The notes under the pieces: model-generated
What the model saw: only the letters and a program-made list of their open reading frames with translations
Databases searched by the model: none
Told to the model about the DNA's origin: nothing
NCBI RefSeq assembly: GCF_000143415.4
Contig: NW_003314269.1
Location: 2,177,544 to 2,241,543, forward strand
Direction of reading: 5' to 3'
Source: Selaginella moellendorffii
Lineage: Eukaryota > Plantae > Lycopodiophyta
Length of the DNA: 64,000 nucleotides
In this document: piece after piece, positions 46,951-60,003 of the stretch
Layout of the letters: every line of letters starts with the position of its first letter
How positions within the stretch are numbered: the stretch's first letter is position 1
Position numbers and translations under genes: made by a program

Positions 46951-48459
46951 CCTCCTTTATTATTTAATATTTCTGTGAATTTTATTATATCTCCTTCTCT
47001 CCACAATGAGCTCTTGACAATATATACTTTAGTATTTTATGTTAATTTTTTTAATAATAACTTCATAATAAAGTTAAGAAATATAATTATATTTAGCAGT
47101 AATAACCCTAAGTAGAACAAGTGGATCTTTAAATATTTCTTATAAGTATTATGTTAGAATTTATCAAATAAAAATAAAATAAAAATAATAAATATATATA
47201 ATAATATAAAAATAATTTAGTGGTGTGAGATCTAAGTCTATAGCTATAATACTGTATACTAATATTACTATAGTGGGCTTTTGATACCTGTCAGATTGAT
47301 TTTAATTTGGTATATAAGTGGCTAAGGTTGTTTTAGGCTAATTAATGTGTAGATTTCTGTATTCTTTTTCTATATTCCATGCACTTATATTGGAGAAGAT
47401 GAGGGGAAATCTTGATTATCTCTAAGAAGTGCTTGGATTTAGAATTTTGGTTTAGATTTAAATTTTGCATACTCTAGATCTCACTTTCTTTATAACTTTT
47501 TCAATTTCTTCTTTTGCAGCAACCTTCTTCTTTGACTCTAGAGTAGTAATTGGTGCAAGTTATATGGTTGCAAATAAAAAATCACACTCAATTGACGGTG
47601 ACATTCACAATACTATGTACAACTTTCATTTTTACTGCCAATCTCCACGTCCAACTGGAATTCTTCTATGGGAATATTGGGGATGATGTGTACCATTAGT
47701 TTAATCATTTTATGGTGATTATTACCTATCATTCTTGGGATAATACTTGGCATTTATGTAAGTTTCCCAAATGTTTCTAAGGGATAGCATTGCAATGGTA
47801 CAATGGTTTAAATGTAGCCACTTGTGCCAATTGGAGCATTTTCCCAAATATTTTTAAGCACACATTTGGATAGTTTGACGATTGTGATGATGACTGACTT
47901 TATTGATGATGTCTTAATCCACTCGGAGGGGATTGTATATAACTAATTTTTTCATTTTACTTTAGTCACTTAACCACACCTTCAACACTTGAAAGAGTCT
48001 CACTCACAACCTTCATAAGTTTTATTCCGGACTTGGCTAACCCCGAGAATGACATTTATACCACTAAACCTTTGCACTTGGTCCAAGTGCTCCACATGTC
48101 CAATTCGATGATTGACACCCAAAGGTACCACCGATATATCAGTCTATTATGTTAAGGCCATGCCCATTCATTTTTTTTACACCGGTGATCCAACATTACT
48201 TACATCACAGCCCCGTCTCTCAAAGACTGAGGCATCTGTCCATAAGTGATCATCTTAGATCCACTCCTTAGCATCCTTAGGATGCTCGTAGACATGGGGA
48301 ATAACCATCCCTAATATCTCTTTTTCAGTCCCTACCAAGTCCCTTTCTATCCATAGCCGTGTTCACCAACATTGCCACTAATTCAAGGCCCATAAGCCTG
48401 ATGAGTCAAACTCAGTCTTAGTCTCGGACTCATACTCGGACTTGGTCTTGGTCTCAGTC

Positions 48460-48660
48460 TCAATTCCATCTTGGACTCCACCTTGGGTTCCATTTCGGAC
48501 TCCATCTCGAACTCCATCTCGGGTTCATCTCGGACTCCATCTTAGGTCCATTTCGGACTCCATCTCAAATCCATCTCGAACTCTATCTCAGACTATATCT
48601 TAGGTCCATCTCAGAATCCTTCTTGAACTCCATCTTGGATTCCATCTTGCATTCCATCTT
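48460..48660. repeat. Degenerate 12-bp tandem array (consensus GGACTCCATCTC)
   Basis: About 16 imperfect units inside a ~1 kb insertion (47934-48906) that splits the RT region of the old element. Confidence 0.85.
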
Positions 48661-50280
48661 AAGTCAATTTTGACATTTCCACATGTAATGTGTTCATCCT
48701 TTTGTGTCCCTTTTCTAAAGACTCACTTATTGCTCGTTTTGAGCTTGTTTATCGAGCCCTTCATTGGGAGTTCCACTCCTACTCTTGACTTTTCAAGTTA
48801 AAGCTTTTAGTTCAAATGTATTACGTTCATTTGGTTTCCACTTTGGCCACTACCATGTGGCACCCTTTCGACTCCACTTTTGGGGCTCTGGGATTTGTGT
48901 CTCACATAGATGTGGGAGGAATACATTTGTGATGTTTGGAAGATGTTAAATCAATTGTAGAAAGTTAATTTAAAGCTAAAGTAGTCAAACTACATGTTTG
49001 GGTTTAAGGACATGACTTATCTTGGATATTGTATTTCTCATAAAGGTTTGAAAGTTGATTTTGACAAATTTGTGGTTGTTTTAAAGTTACTTATTCCAAA
49101 GTGTGTGAATGATGTGCAATGCTTCTTGGGCAAGATGCAATATTCAATCATTTTGTTGATCATCTTTTGGATTGCACTACACTATTGTGAGCATTGTTGA
49201 AGTCATTAAAATTATCTTCCATTTGGTCTGAGGATTGTGAACAGGTATTTATTAATTTTAAAGAGTTGTTGACAATTTGTTTAGTTTTAACATATCTTGA
49301 CTACACTTGACCTTTCATTTTGCATATGGATACTTTGGATATCGGTCTTTATGATATCTTAATGCAAGAGAGTACAAGTGTTTTTGATCAATATAATCTT
49401 ATTATGTATATCAACTATACATTATAACTAACAGAAGTGAACTACTCTACAACAAAGAATGAATCTTTAGCAATAGTTTGGGGTTTCAAGAAGTTTCATG
49501 CATATTTGTATGGTTTTTAGACATTGTTAGAAGGTGATCATGTTGCAATTATTTTATTATTGAAGTGGAAAAATTTGGTTGGTCGTACTACTTAGTGGGC
49601 TCTAACACTTCAAATGTATGATTTTGAGCTTGTTCATTGCCCAAGGAGTTTTATGACTGATGCTAATGTCGTTTCTCGAGCTCCTCTCCCTTTTTTGCTC
49701 TCTTATTTTATTCTTAACAAGCCTATTATTCTAGTATTTGTGTATTTTTTAGACAAGGATTTCATACCATCTGCAATTGCTATACTTAATTTTTAATGTT
49801 TATAAGGTGTAGAGTAAGATTTAACTTCTTTTGATGAGGTTTATGAGGCTCAAAAGGTTGAGCCATGGATCTGAAAGCTTTGTAAGAGGTTAGGAATTCT
49901 ACATCACTTGTTGATAACTTGCTATTTTAGCATTTATATTCTCAATATCGCTTTGAGGATGACATTTTTTATTTTTTTTGGGATTTATTTTGATGATCAT
50001 TTACGGTTAGTGGTGCCTTCAATATTTATTCCATGCTTTCTTCATGTTTACCATGATTCTCTTATTCTATGTAGATATATAAGATATTGTCATGTGATTA
50101 AGAAGTTGCATAAGTCTTTATATTGGCCAAAGACACAACATGATATTATTTGATATGTGTAATGTTCCCCTTGTATTACTGAAGGATAGTTAGAGTCAAT
50201 TATAATTTCTTATTTATTTAAGTTGGTGGCATTTGATTTGATAGGGCTTTCTTTACTGTTAATTGTAGGTAATGAGTATA

Positions 50281-50471
50281 TGTAAGCAACTAAAGAGAAT
50301 GACTCGAGAAATGATTCATAAGGGTTTAAATATAAAAAGAAAGGGCCTATGAACAAGAGTGCACCCTCTTTTCTAATTGGTTAAGGGTCTTGGGGTATTT
50401 TGGAGTTAAGCGTCTTTAAGTTTGAATAGTACTGAGTGACCTCTCGAAAAGTCCAAACTCAAGAGCTTATA
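50281..50471. mobile_element. Solo-LTR-like insertion (191 bp) inside the old element's integrase
   Basis: TGTAAG...CTTATA termini, flanked by GTATA/GTACA; absent from the homologous position of the younger copy. Related sequence at 44460-44636 and 44842-44990. Confidence 0.7.
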
Positions 50472-52212
50472 GTACATCATTATTCGTTGGGTGGAAGTTG
50501 ATGTTCTTTCTAGTGCATCAACAATTGTTGTTAGCTATTTCCTTTTAATCAAGTGGTGTTTTAATATTTTTATCTGAAGCAAATTTTCTCAGATAATAGT
50601 TCTATATTTATGGCTGAGGCATTTCATATTTTAATGTTTTGGCTGAGGATATGCTACACTTTCATAAGTGCTTATCATCCATAAACAGATAGCTTGGTGA
50701 AATGGCTTGTTTAGATCTTCAAAGGGATAATCATGAGGTATATGAACTTTTAGTATTTGGATTGGATGGTTATTTGTCATCTCTTTAATATCTGTATGTC
50801 ATAAAGGTATAGAGTTTTGTTAGTGCTTCACTATATAAACTCTTATATGATCATGATCTAATACTACTGACAGAGTTGAATTTACCTTCACAATTACCAT
50901 GAGCTAGCAATATTATGTCTTAGGATCAGTATTTAATAAACATTCTTCCATTTGTCCAAGTAAAGTTTATTGAACACTTGGGCCATATACAAGTGGGACA
51001 ATAACAATGCTACAACTCCCACCATCATTCATTTGCAAAGTAAAAAGTGGACAAATTAATATTAATCCATTTTCAATTTTATAGTATATAGTTTATCTAA
51101 GAAGCTCCTTGCTTAGTGGAAGGGACCATATCAAGTGTTATAGCAAGTTGGACCACAAGTTTATGGGGTTTGGCATAAGGATAATGAATAAGTAGCACTA
51201 TCTACAAATCCACTAATGCCTCTTCTTGATGTTCCTTTAAATATTAGTTTATTCACTAAAGAACCTTGATAACCTTTCATCCTTTTGAGAGGAGGGGATG
51301 ATTTGAGGTTTAATTGTATAGTTATGATGCTATATATTAAAATTAGCATAGCAAGTTTTTTTTTTAGCCATCGGATTGATTTCAATTCAAACCACTCGCT
51401 TTTGTATATAAGCTAGGGTTTTTGAGCTAATTAATATGCACATTATGCACATATAGTAGCAATAAAAATGATCTACCATAATTTATGAAATTATACATAG
51501 ATAAATTTAATATTGGGTCATACATAACTATTTTATTGGATCTTATCACTTAATTTCTATTTTAAAGCTTATGAACTTTAAAAATAATGAAGAGGTTTTC
51601 TTTAATTTAATTGATTTTAATTTTTCAGTGATCAAAAATTAAATAAATTAAAGAGGACATTAATTAAAACATTAAATAAATTAATTTTTCCATCTCAAAA
51701 TTTATAGTTCAAATATTTAAGCCTTGAGCTCGTTAACACTCTCAAATGAGACACAAGCTAGCTGTGACGAGTCCCAAACTGGGTAGCCCTTGAGATGGTA
51801 CAAGTCCTTGATTATCACCTCCCTTTCTTGTTTCATGGTTATAAGATTTAAATTAAAATTCAAGTATAGACCATTATCAAATTTATTTGTTATATGTAGA
51901 GTATGATATAATTTTCATATGGAGGTTGCAATGAGTAAAATTAAATTACATAATAATATATTTTTTCATATTATTATAATATACTATCCAACAATATTGT
52001 TAATACTATACTTAAATGATACCAAAATAAATATAAACATGTATATATTTTGTTTATACTAAAAACATATATTTAATTTTATTGACAAAAATGGTGTGCA
52101 AGCATTTTTAGTAAATTAAAAGGAACTTATTATAATTTATTAAAATTATATAACTAAATATTTTAAAATTTAAATTTAAATTTATAAAATAACTAAATTA
52201 TTTAATTTAGGT

Positions 52213-52387
52213 TGTGAGTGAATGGAATATAGAAAAGGAATACAGAAATATGCATATCAATTAACCCAAAAACCCTAGCTTATATACAAGAGCGAGTGGT
52301 TTGGATTGAAACCAATCCAACGGCTACCAAAATCCCACTACGCTAATATTAGTATACGGCATGGTAGCCGTACACTTAGCCCTCACA
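52213..52387 (-). repeat. 3' LTR
   Basis: Direct repeat of 57053-57227, 19 mismatches in 175 bp by manual count. Confidence 0.95.
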
Positions 52388-55300
52388 TCATCCCCTCCTC
52401 TCGGAATAATGGAAGACCATCAGGGTTCTCTTATAGACAAGCCGGGATCTAGAGGAATGTTAGGAGGAGGCATTTGCGGATCTGTAGGTGGTATTAACTA
52501 CTCATAATCCCTTTGTATGAAGCGTTTCAACTACTACACATGCACAATCTTTGGAGGATTGGCTTGTTAGACATTATGCTAAACCTCATAAACTTGTGGT
52601 CCAACTTGCTATAACACCTAATACAGTTCTTTCCACTGTGCAAGGAGCCCCTTAGATAAACCACGTACTGTAAGATGGGGGAAACGAATTAACACCAAAT
52701 CATCCATGTTGTACTCCGCAGGTGGACGATGATGGGAGTTGTACCGCCATTGTTGTTTCACTTGTATGTGGCCTAAGTGTTTGGCAGACTCCATGCGGAC
52801 AAGTGGAAGAATGCTCGTTAAATACTAATCCTATGACCTAGCATTTGCAGCTTGTGGTAATTGCGAAGGTAAACCCAGCTCCGTTGGTAGTATTGGATCA
52901 TGACCATATAGGAGTTTATATGGTGAAGCACCAATAGAACTCTGCACCCCTGTTACATATGCATACTGAAGAAATGGCAAATAACCATCTCAATCCGAAT
53001 GCTAAAAGTTCACATACTTCGCAATCATCCCCTTGAATGTCCGAACGAGCCGTTCCACCAGACCATCTGATTATGGATGATAAGCACTTTTGAAAGTGTG
53101 GCATATCCCCAACTGAGACATCAAAACATGAAATGCCTCAACCATAAATGTGGGACCATTATTCGAAAGAATCTGCTTTGGACAACAAATGCTGGAACAC
53201 CACTTGATTTAGGAGGAAGTATCCAATAGCAGTTGCAGAGGTGATAGCAAGAGCACCAACTTCCACCTAATGAGTCAAGTAGTCAAAAGCAATAATAACA
53301 TACTCATTGCCAGCAATTGACCGTGAAAAAGGTCTCATAAGATCAAAAACCACCAACTCAAACGGACGGGAAATTGCAATTGACTCCAACCATCCTTCTG
53401 CAACCTGAGGGGGAGTATTACGAGCTTGGCACTAAACGCAGCTACACACATACCGGATAATATCACGTCACATCTCCGGCCAATAAAAAGACCTGCGCAG
53501 CTTCTCAGTTACACAACGATGTCCTATATGCCCACATAGAACAGGAGAATCATGGTAGGCATGGAGAAACCGCAGAATAAAAATAGAAGGGACCACCAGT
53601 CGTAATTGATCATCAGGATCCATCCCCACAAAATAAAGAAGACCATTTTCAAGGCAATATTGAGAATGTAAATGCCGGAAAGACAAGTCATTAACAAGTG
53701 ATGCAAGATTCTCAAACCCATCTCAAAGCTTTCGAATCCATGGCTCAATCTTTTGAGCCTCGCGAACCTCATCAAGAGAAGGTAGATCTTGCTCTGCGCC
53801 TTGTGGACACTGAACGTCAAGTATATAGCAACTGCCGACGGCACATAATCCTCGTCTAGAAAATCCACAGAGGTTGGAACAATAGACTCATCAGAAACAT
53901 GAGAAAAGAATGGAGAAGGAAGAGGAGCTCAAGAAAGGGCATCAACATTAGCCATAGAACTCCTTGGGTGATGAACAACATCAAAATCATATATCTGAAG
54001 CTTCAAAGCCTATCGAGCAGTACGACCAACCAATTTCTTCCACTTCAATAATGAAGTAACAACAGTATGATCACCTTCAAGTAACGTTCGAGAACCATGT
54101 AGATATGCATGAAGTTTCTTGAAACCCCAAACTGTTGTTAAACACTCCTTCTCTGTTGTGGAGAAGTTCATTTCCGCTGGTTAAAATGTACGGCTTATAT
54201 ATGCAATGGGATGGTGTTGACCAGGCACACTCGAGCTCTTTTGCATCAACACACCTCCAAGACTAATGTCAGAAGCATCCACACGCAAAATAAAAGGTCA
54301 AGTGTAGTCAGGATATGCCAAAACCGGAGGAGTTGTCAACAGCTCTTTGAAATCCCCGAACGCCCGCTCACAATCTGGAGACCAAATGAAAGATGATGTT
54401 GATGACTTCAACAATGCTTGCAATGGTGCAGTGCGATCAGAAAGATGATACACAAAACGACCGAGATACTGCACCTTGCCCAAGAAGCATTACACATCAT
54501 TCACACACTTCGGAGTAGGAAACTTTAGAATAGCCATAAGTTTGTCAGGATCAACTTGCAAACCCTCACGAGAAATACGTTACCCAAGATAAGTTGTATC
54601 CTTGAACCCAAACACGCACTTCGACCGCTTCAGCTTTAAACTAACGTCGCGTAGCCAATCCAACACTTTACACACATCACAAATGTGCTCCTCTTACGTC
54701 CCCTCCGAGTGAATCAAGACATCATCAATGAAGTCAGCAGTCACCTCTAGCATATCACAAAGAACTTTGTCCATCATCCGCTGGAAAGTTGCTGGAGCAT
54801 TGTTCAAACCAAACAGCATCACCAAAAATTCATATAAACCAAATGGTGTACAAAAAGCAATTTTAGGAATATCTTCTTCGGCCATCGATACTTGCCAGTA
54901 TCTAGAAGCAAGATCTAGTTTGGTGAACCAACGACTTTGCCCCAGACAATCCAAGAGATCAGCAGTGTGAGGAAGAGGGTACACATCCGGGATCGTTATT
55001 TTTTTTAACGGACGATAGTCGATGCAGAAACGAATACTCCCATCGGGCTTCATCACAAGATGAGGTTCACATGCCCAAGGACTCCGTGACTTCTGAATAA
55101 CACCCTTCTCCAACATCTCCTTGACGTTTGCACGTAAAATCTTGATCTCCTTGGGTGACCGACAACGAATAGGAATCTTGATTGGACAAGCATCTCCGGT
55201 GGGAATCGGATGACGTATGGCAATCTTGGCCCCATATGATAGGTCAAATTCAAAGAGATCAGAATACTCCTTGATGAGCCGGTCAACAGCTGCAACACAA

Positions 55301-57052
55301 AGATTATCAGAGGGATCGGAAAAGGGAAGAGTAAAACAAGATGGAAACACAGGAGGAAATAGTGGGGGAACAAAAGTAACGGAACTAGAGGTAAAAGTAG
55401 AGGGACAAAGAAGTACAGAAGTGAGAGGAATGGATGAAATATAAGGAAGTATGAGACAAAGGGGAGAAGCCTCAAAGTCACACTTGGCATGATTGCGCTG
55501 CAACAAATCTATACTAAGAATGAGGTCAAAAACTTGACTCGGCACCACCCGCAACGACTGCAACTCAAGCTTGAGATCGCCCACATGCACAACTAGGTCC
55601 ACCTCATCTCGTGCACATGCATGTGTACGGCCGTTGCCATAAAGAATGAAAACTGGATCCACCGCACAACGCAAGTGTAGACGACCTTGTGTGGCAACAG
55701 GTCGAGCAATAGAAAATAAACTCGAACCTATATCAACCAACACGAAGAGAATAATAGGAGACCTCTTGTTATAAAAACGAGCTTGGAAAGTAAACACTGG
55801 ATGAACCGGTGCCGAGTGAACCCCTTGATGATACTCCCGAAAGAAAAATGGAGGGGTCACTAACTTATTTGCGTAAGATCCCTTCGTTACTCACGCACCT
55901 CCTCGTTTCTCAGGTGCACCTCGGTGTCCAAACCTTCCACCGCAGCAGCACCAATGGGACGTTGCTGACGCCAAGGTCTCCACCCAAGAAATGGAGGTCG
56001 CCAATTCGGAAAGTGCCGACAACGCCGATAAGTATGACCAACTTCATCACACGCCTAGCAATGAACATCACGGCCACGACCACGTCCTCGCCCTTGTCCT
56101 TGGACTCGAGTAGCAACAGCATCAACCTCCATTAGAATATGACCATCACTCATAGGAAGTGGAGCTGAAGGACATGCAACGAGAAGTGGAAGAAGCGACG
56201 TCTCATAATATTGTGCCAAGTGAAGAGCATCGTCAAGGGTGGTGGGAGCAAGTGCATGCACAAGTCTGACAAGATCTTGACGAAGTGCTAGCCACAACAT
56301 TTCTAGCTTGATCCACTCTAACATATTAGGCTTTGCATGAAGCAAAAGACTTCGAAAACGAACGCCAAATTGCATCACCAACTTAGATGGCCCTTGGTGA
56401 AGACGATGCAATTGCTAGAAGGCATCATCACAATCGTTGACATGTTCGAAGGCGCGTTTGAAGACGTCCAGAAGAACACTCAAATCCCCACGAGTGGCTG
56501 CGCTCAATCCATTGTACCATTGCAATGTCGTCCCTTGGAGACACGTGGGGAACTCACGCAAACGTCGAGCATCATCCCAAGAATGATATGTGGCAATCAC
56601 CGTAAAGTGATCGAACCAATGGTACACATCATCCCTAGGATTCCCACGAAAAAACTCTGGCTAAACGTGAGGATTGGCACCAAGAGCAGGAGAAGTTGGA
56701 CCACATGCTGTGAATGCTGCCATCAATTGAGTTTGGTTGGTTAATTGCAAGTGTATAGCATCAAGCAATTGAACCAACTGCTGCTCTAAAGTCAAAGGAG
56801 GAAATTGTTGATCTGCCATAAAGATGAACGAAAAAGAAAGAGCAAAAGAAGAGAAATGACAAAAAACTGGAAGGAAATGGTAAATCTAGACAATGCAAAA
56901 AGCTAGATCTAAACCAAAATCCTGAAAGGAAAGAACAAAAGAAAGGAAATGGAAAAAGCTAAATCTAGATGATGCAAAAGTTACATCTAAACTGAAATCC
57001 TAAATCCAAGCACTCCCCAGGGACAATCAAAAGTGCCCCTCACCTCCACCAA

Positions 57053-57227
57053 TGTGAGTGCATGAAATATGGAAAGGGAATACAGAAATGTGCATATCAA
57101 TTAACCCAAAAACCCTAGGTTATATACATGAGCGAGTGGTTCAAATTGAAACCAATCTAACAGCTACCAAAATCCCACTACGCTAATATTAATATACAGT
57201 ATCGTAGCTGTACACTTGGCTCTCACA
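57053..57227 (-). repeat. 5' LTR
   Basis: Direct repeat of 52213-52387; followed on the minus strand by the PBS. Confidence 0.95.
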
Positions 57228-57938
57228 AGGTGTGACTGAAATATTTGTTTTATTTCCATATGAGTTAACCTATAACTAAAGTAATTGACTATAATGTGTT
57301 TGACATTATTCATTGAATTTGAGGATTTGATAGTGTTATGAATTTATTTAAAATGAAAGGTAAAGATTGTAAAATTTTATAATGTTTATAGAAAAATACA
57401 ACTATATTTTTGGTTATCATTGTTAAATGTGAATTAAAAAATTAAATAATATAAAAATGTTTTATAAGAATTTATGTAGACTTTCATAAAATTGATAAAA
57501 ATAAGGATTAATATATATAAATGTAGATTATATTGTGGTGATATTTAATAATTTATGAATAATAAAAAAATTATTTTCTATTATTTATCATTAAAGATAA
57601 GGTTTTAAAAATAGTATGTTTAATTTTACAAGAAAATACCATTTATATGTTCAAGATTTATAGTTAAAATTTTAGAGAATTATAATTACTCAAAACCTTT
57701 GTTATGTTGAAGTTTAATAAACTCTAAAATAAATAAACAGAAATTTGATTTATTTTACTATTTACATAAGCAATAATAACTTTTGCATTCTCCAATTAAT
57801 CATATCCAAAAGTTCCCAAATTTTGCCACCTAGCCTAGCATGACACTTAAGTATGTTAAGCATCTTCTCCCCTTCAAAAAATATAATAACAGTCTTGTGC
57901 GTATAAAGTGGTTTTGTCTATAGCCACAAGTTTTAGCT

Positions 57939-58367
57939 ATGGCGGACGAGGAGGTCCAGCACGTTTTCGTCTACGGCAACCTCCGCCCCGATGCCGGAGG
58001 CCCGCAACGCCTCCGACTAGGCAGCAGCAGCCGCGGCGAGGCGGCCTGGCTCCTCGGCGGTCGATTGTTCTGTGTCAATTCACGAGGAAGAGGAGCCTCT
58101 TCCATCAGGCAAGCTGCGGTAAGCCTGGACGAGCCTGGAAATGCCGTCAAAGGATACGTAGTGTCTGCTAGCGACCCCAGTGATCTCTCTAGCTTGCTCC
58201 ACCACTGTGACAGCTCCGAGGAGCACCAAGGATTCGACCGTGATGTTGTGGAAGTCGTGACGGAAGCTGGAAAGCGAGTAGCTGCGTTTGTCTATCACTG
58301 CCCCCAGGTGGATCGTTCTATGCCTGTCCATGGTGGAGACTGGATGAGCTATCCCAGAAATCTGTAA
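57939..58367 (+). CDS. Gamma-glutamylcyclotransferase-fold protein (GGACT/AIG2-like)
   Basis: Intronless 142 aa: HVFVYGNLRP, AVKGYVV, D..E..GFDR..VEV, AFVYH, VHGGDW. Confidence 0.8.
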   Translation: MADEEVQHVFVYGNLRPDAGGPQRLRLGSSSRGEAAWLLGGRLFCVNSRGRGASSIRQAAVSLDEPGNAVKGYVVSASDPSDLSSLLHHCDSSEEHQGFDRDVVEVVTEAGKRVAAFVYHCPQVDRSMPVHGGDWMSYPRNL

Positions 58368-58476
58368 GACCCCTATGGTTTGTCCTTGGACGAAATAAGA
58401 CCGTGACAGGGACGCTGTTGCAGTTTGTAACAGTTTTCCTGTGAGTCTCGAGACTGTGAATTCATAGCAGGGCGAG

Positions 58477-59785
58477 TCAGTCCCAGATGATTGGAACCTC
58501 TTTCCTTGCGTCAACGATGTTCGCAATGGCGTAGTCTGCTCCTTCACACTTGGTGACATTGCCAACCTGAGGTAACGCTCGAGATAAGTCGAGAGCCAGA
58601 TATCTCGAGCCAGAATGAAAGGAAAGAAGTTTTCTTACCAGCACAGTATGAAGACCCACAGCTTTTCCTGCTGCAATGTTTCGCGGGGAATCATCAAAGA
58701 ATAGCTGCATGGTTTCACAGAGACATTAGAAGGCGCAGTGAGCTATGAAATGACTTACAGCTCGTTTAGCGTCCACGTTGATGATCTCAACAGCTCGTTT
58801 CATAGCCTCTGGCGATGGCTTGCAGATAATCGCGGCCACCGTGTTGTTTGCTTCGGGTTTACAGACCACAGCCACGCTGGTCGAGCTTTCGACCATTTTC
58901 AAGCTCTGCCTCCCAACGCGCTTATCTTTGCCTGTTGCTTTCTTTATCATATCCGTCCCCTCGTGACCCATGATTGTTTCAAAACATATGACGGTGTCAA
59001 AACAGTCTTCTAAGCCCATTCGGTGTAGAGCTTTAGACGCATGATTCTTGTCCGCGTTAGTGAAGACCTGTAACGAAGGACATGAAACGAATAACCAGAT
59101 TTTTAAAAGCTCACATATTTGCGTTGCGGCATGCTCAGAAGCATCTCTCGTAACTCGGGATTTGGCTTCAAAAGATCATAAGGTAGCCTGCCGTGTACGT
59201 AACTGCATATGAAATACACCGTGTAAAACTATGTTGGAAACAAAAAGGATTCTCACTTGTGAAAGTCATCGTAATCAAAGTTATAGCCTGTTGCCTGGTA
59301 AAAGTCCTGTCATGAGGTAAATTTCAAGCTTACAATACAGTACCCTTAGTCCAGCCATTGTAGTTCCATGGCATCTGTACAAAGTCTGGCCCAAATCAGT
59401 TGCAATACTCTTATCAATGCCAAGTTTATCCACCATGTATTCTGGAACGAAAATGAAGGCAATAGCGTCAGGAAGGAGAATGAAGTATTTTGAACTCGTA
59501 TGGTAAAAAATCTACCAGACTAGAAAACATTCTTGGCTTGACGCTCGACACGAAATCTGGCATCATGGCACGCTCAATGAGACGTAGCAGAGCCTACTAA
59601 AGCACCATACCTTCGATATTTTGCCTGCATGCTTCTGCGATACCGAGGCTGAAAGGATACAAAGTATCATCCAGATCTGTAAGCAGCCATGCCTGTTAAG
59701 TCGAATCCAAGGAATTGTAGTAATTGTAAAACAGCATACCAAAAAGAAGGCAATCAAAATGCGTGTGCTTCTTTTCGTTCCCCAT
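58477..59785 (-). CDS. HAD-superfamily hydrolase (SDT1/pyrimidine 5'-nucleotidase-like)
   Basis: MGNEKKHTHFDCLLF/DLDDTLYP (motif I), HGTTMAGL, VHGRLPY, FTNADKNH, CKPS, FFDDSPRNI. Confidence 0.93.
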
Positions 59786-60003
59786 CGAGAAGTACTGCTT
59801 CTGCAGTGCGGAGACGGAAATATAAAGTGTTAACGCTTCCACAAATCTTCCATGAAAGTTCTTGTTCTTCCTTCTTCTGTCAAGTCTGCCAGCCTTCTAG
59901 ATGAGGTTGAAAAGGCACATCATGCCAGCTGAAACGACGCGTCCCTTGGCGAAGGAAGAAAAATAAAAAAGCGTACCTATGTACGTCAGGCTGAAAACTT
60001 CGA

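Larger units (their letters stand above)
47224..51445 (+). mobile_element. Old, degenerate Ty3/gypsy LTR retrotransposon (same family as 52213-57227), internally deleted and interrupted
   Basis: 5' LTR ~47224-47389, decayed PBS TTGGAGAAGATGAGGGGAA, gag remnant, DFIDDVLIHSEG at ~47895-47931, RNase H and integrase remnants, PPT GAGAGGAGGGGATGA at 51287-51301, partial 3' LTR. Confidence 0.85.
52213..57227 (-). mobile_element. Full-length but inactivated Ty3/gypsy LTR retrotransposon (gag-PR-RT-RH-INT, no chromodomain seen)
   Basis: 175-bp TG..CA LTRs at both ends with AGGT duplicated on both sides. PBS 57034-57051, PPT 52388-52402, gag ATG 56819, CCHC knuckle, LVDIGS protease, RFCIDYR and DFIDDVL RT motifs, HHCC integrase. 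Several stops and frameshifts. Confidence 0.96.

Noticed and set aside
48460-48660. Repeat array as a CRISPR candidate
   Set aside because: Contiguous 12-bp units with no spacers, in a eukaryotic retroelement context.
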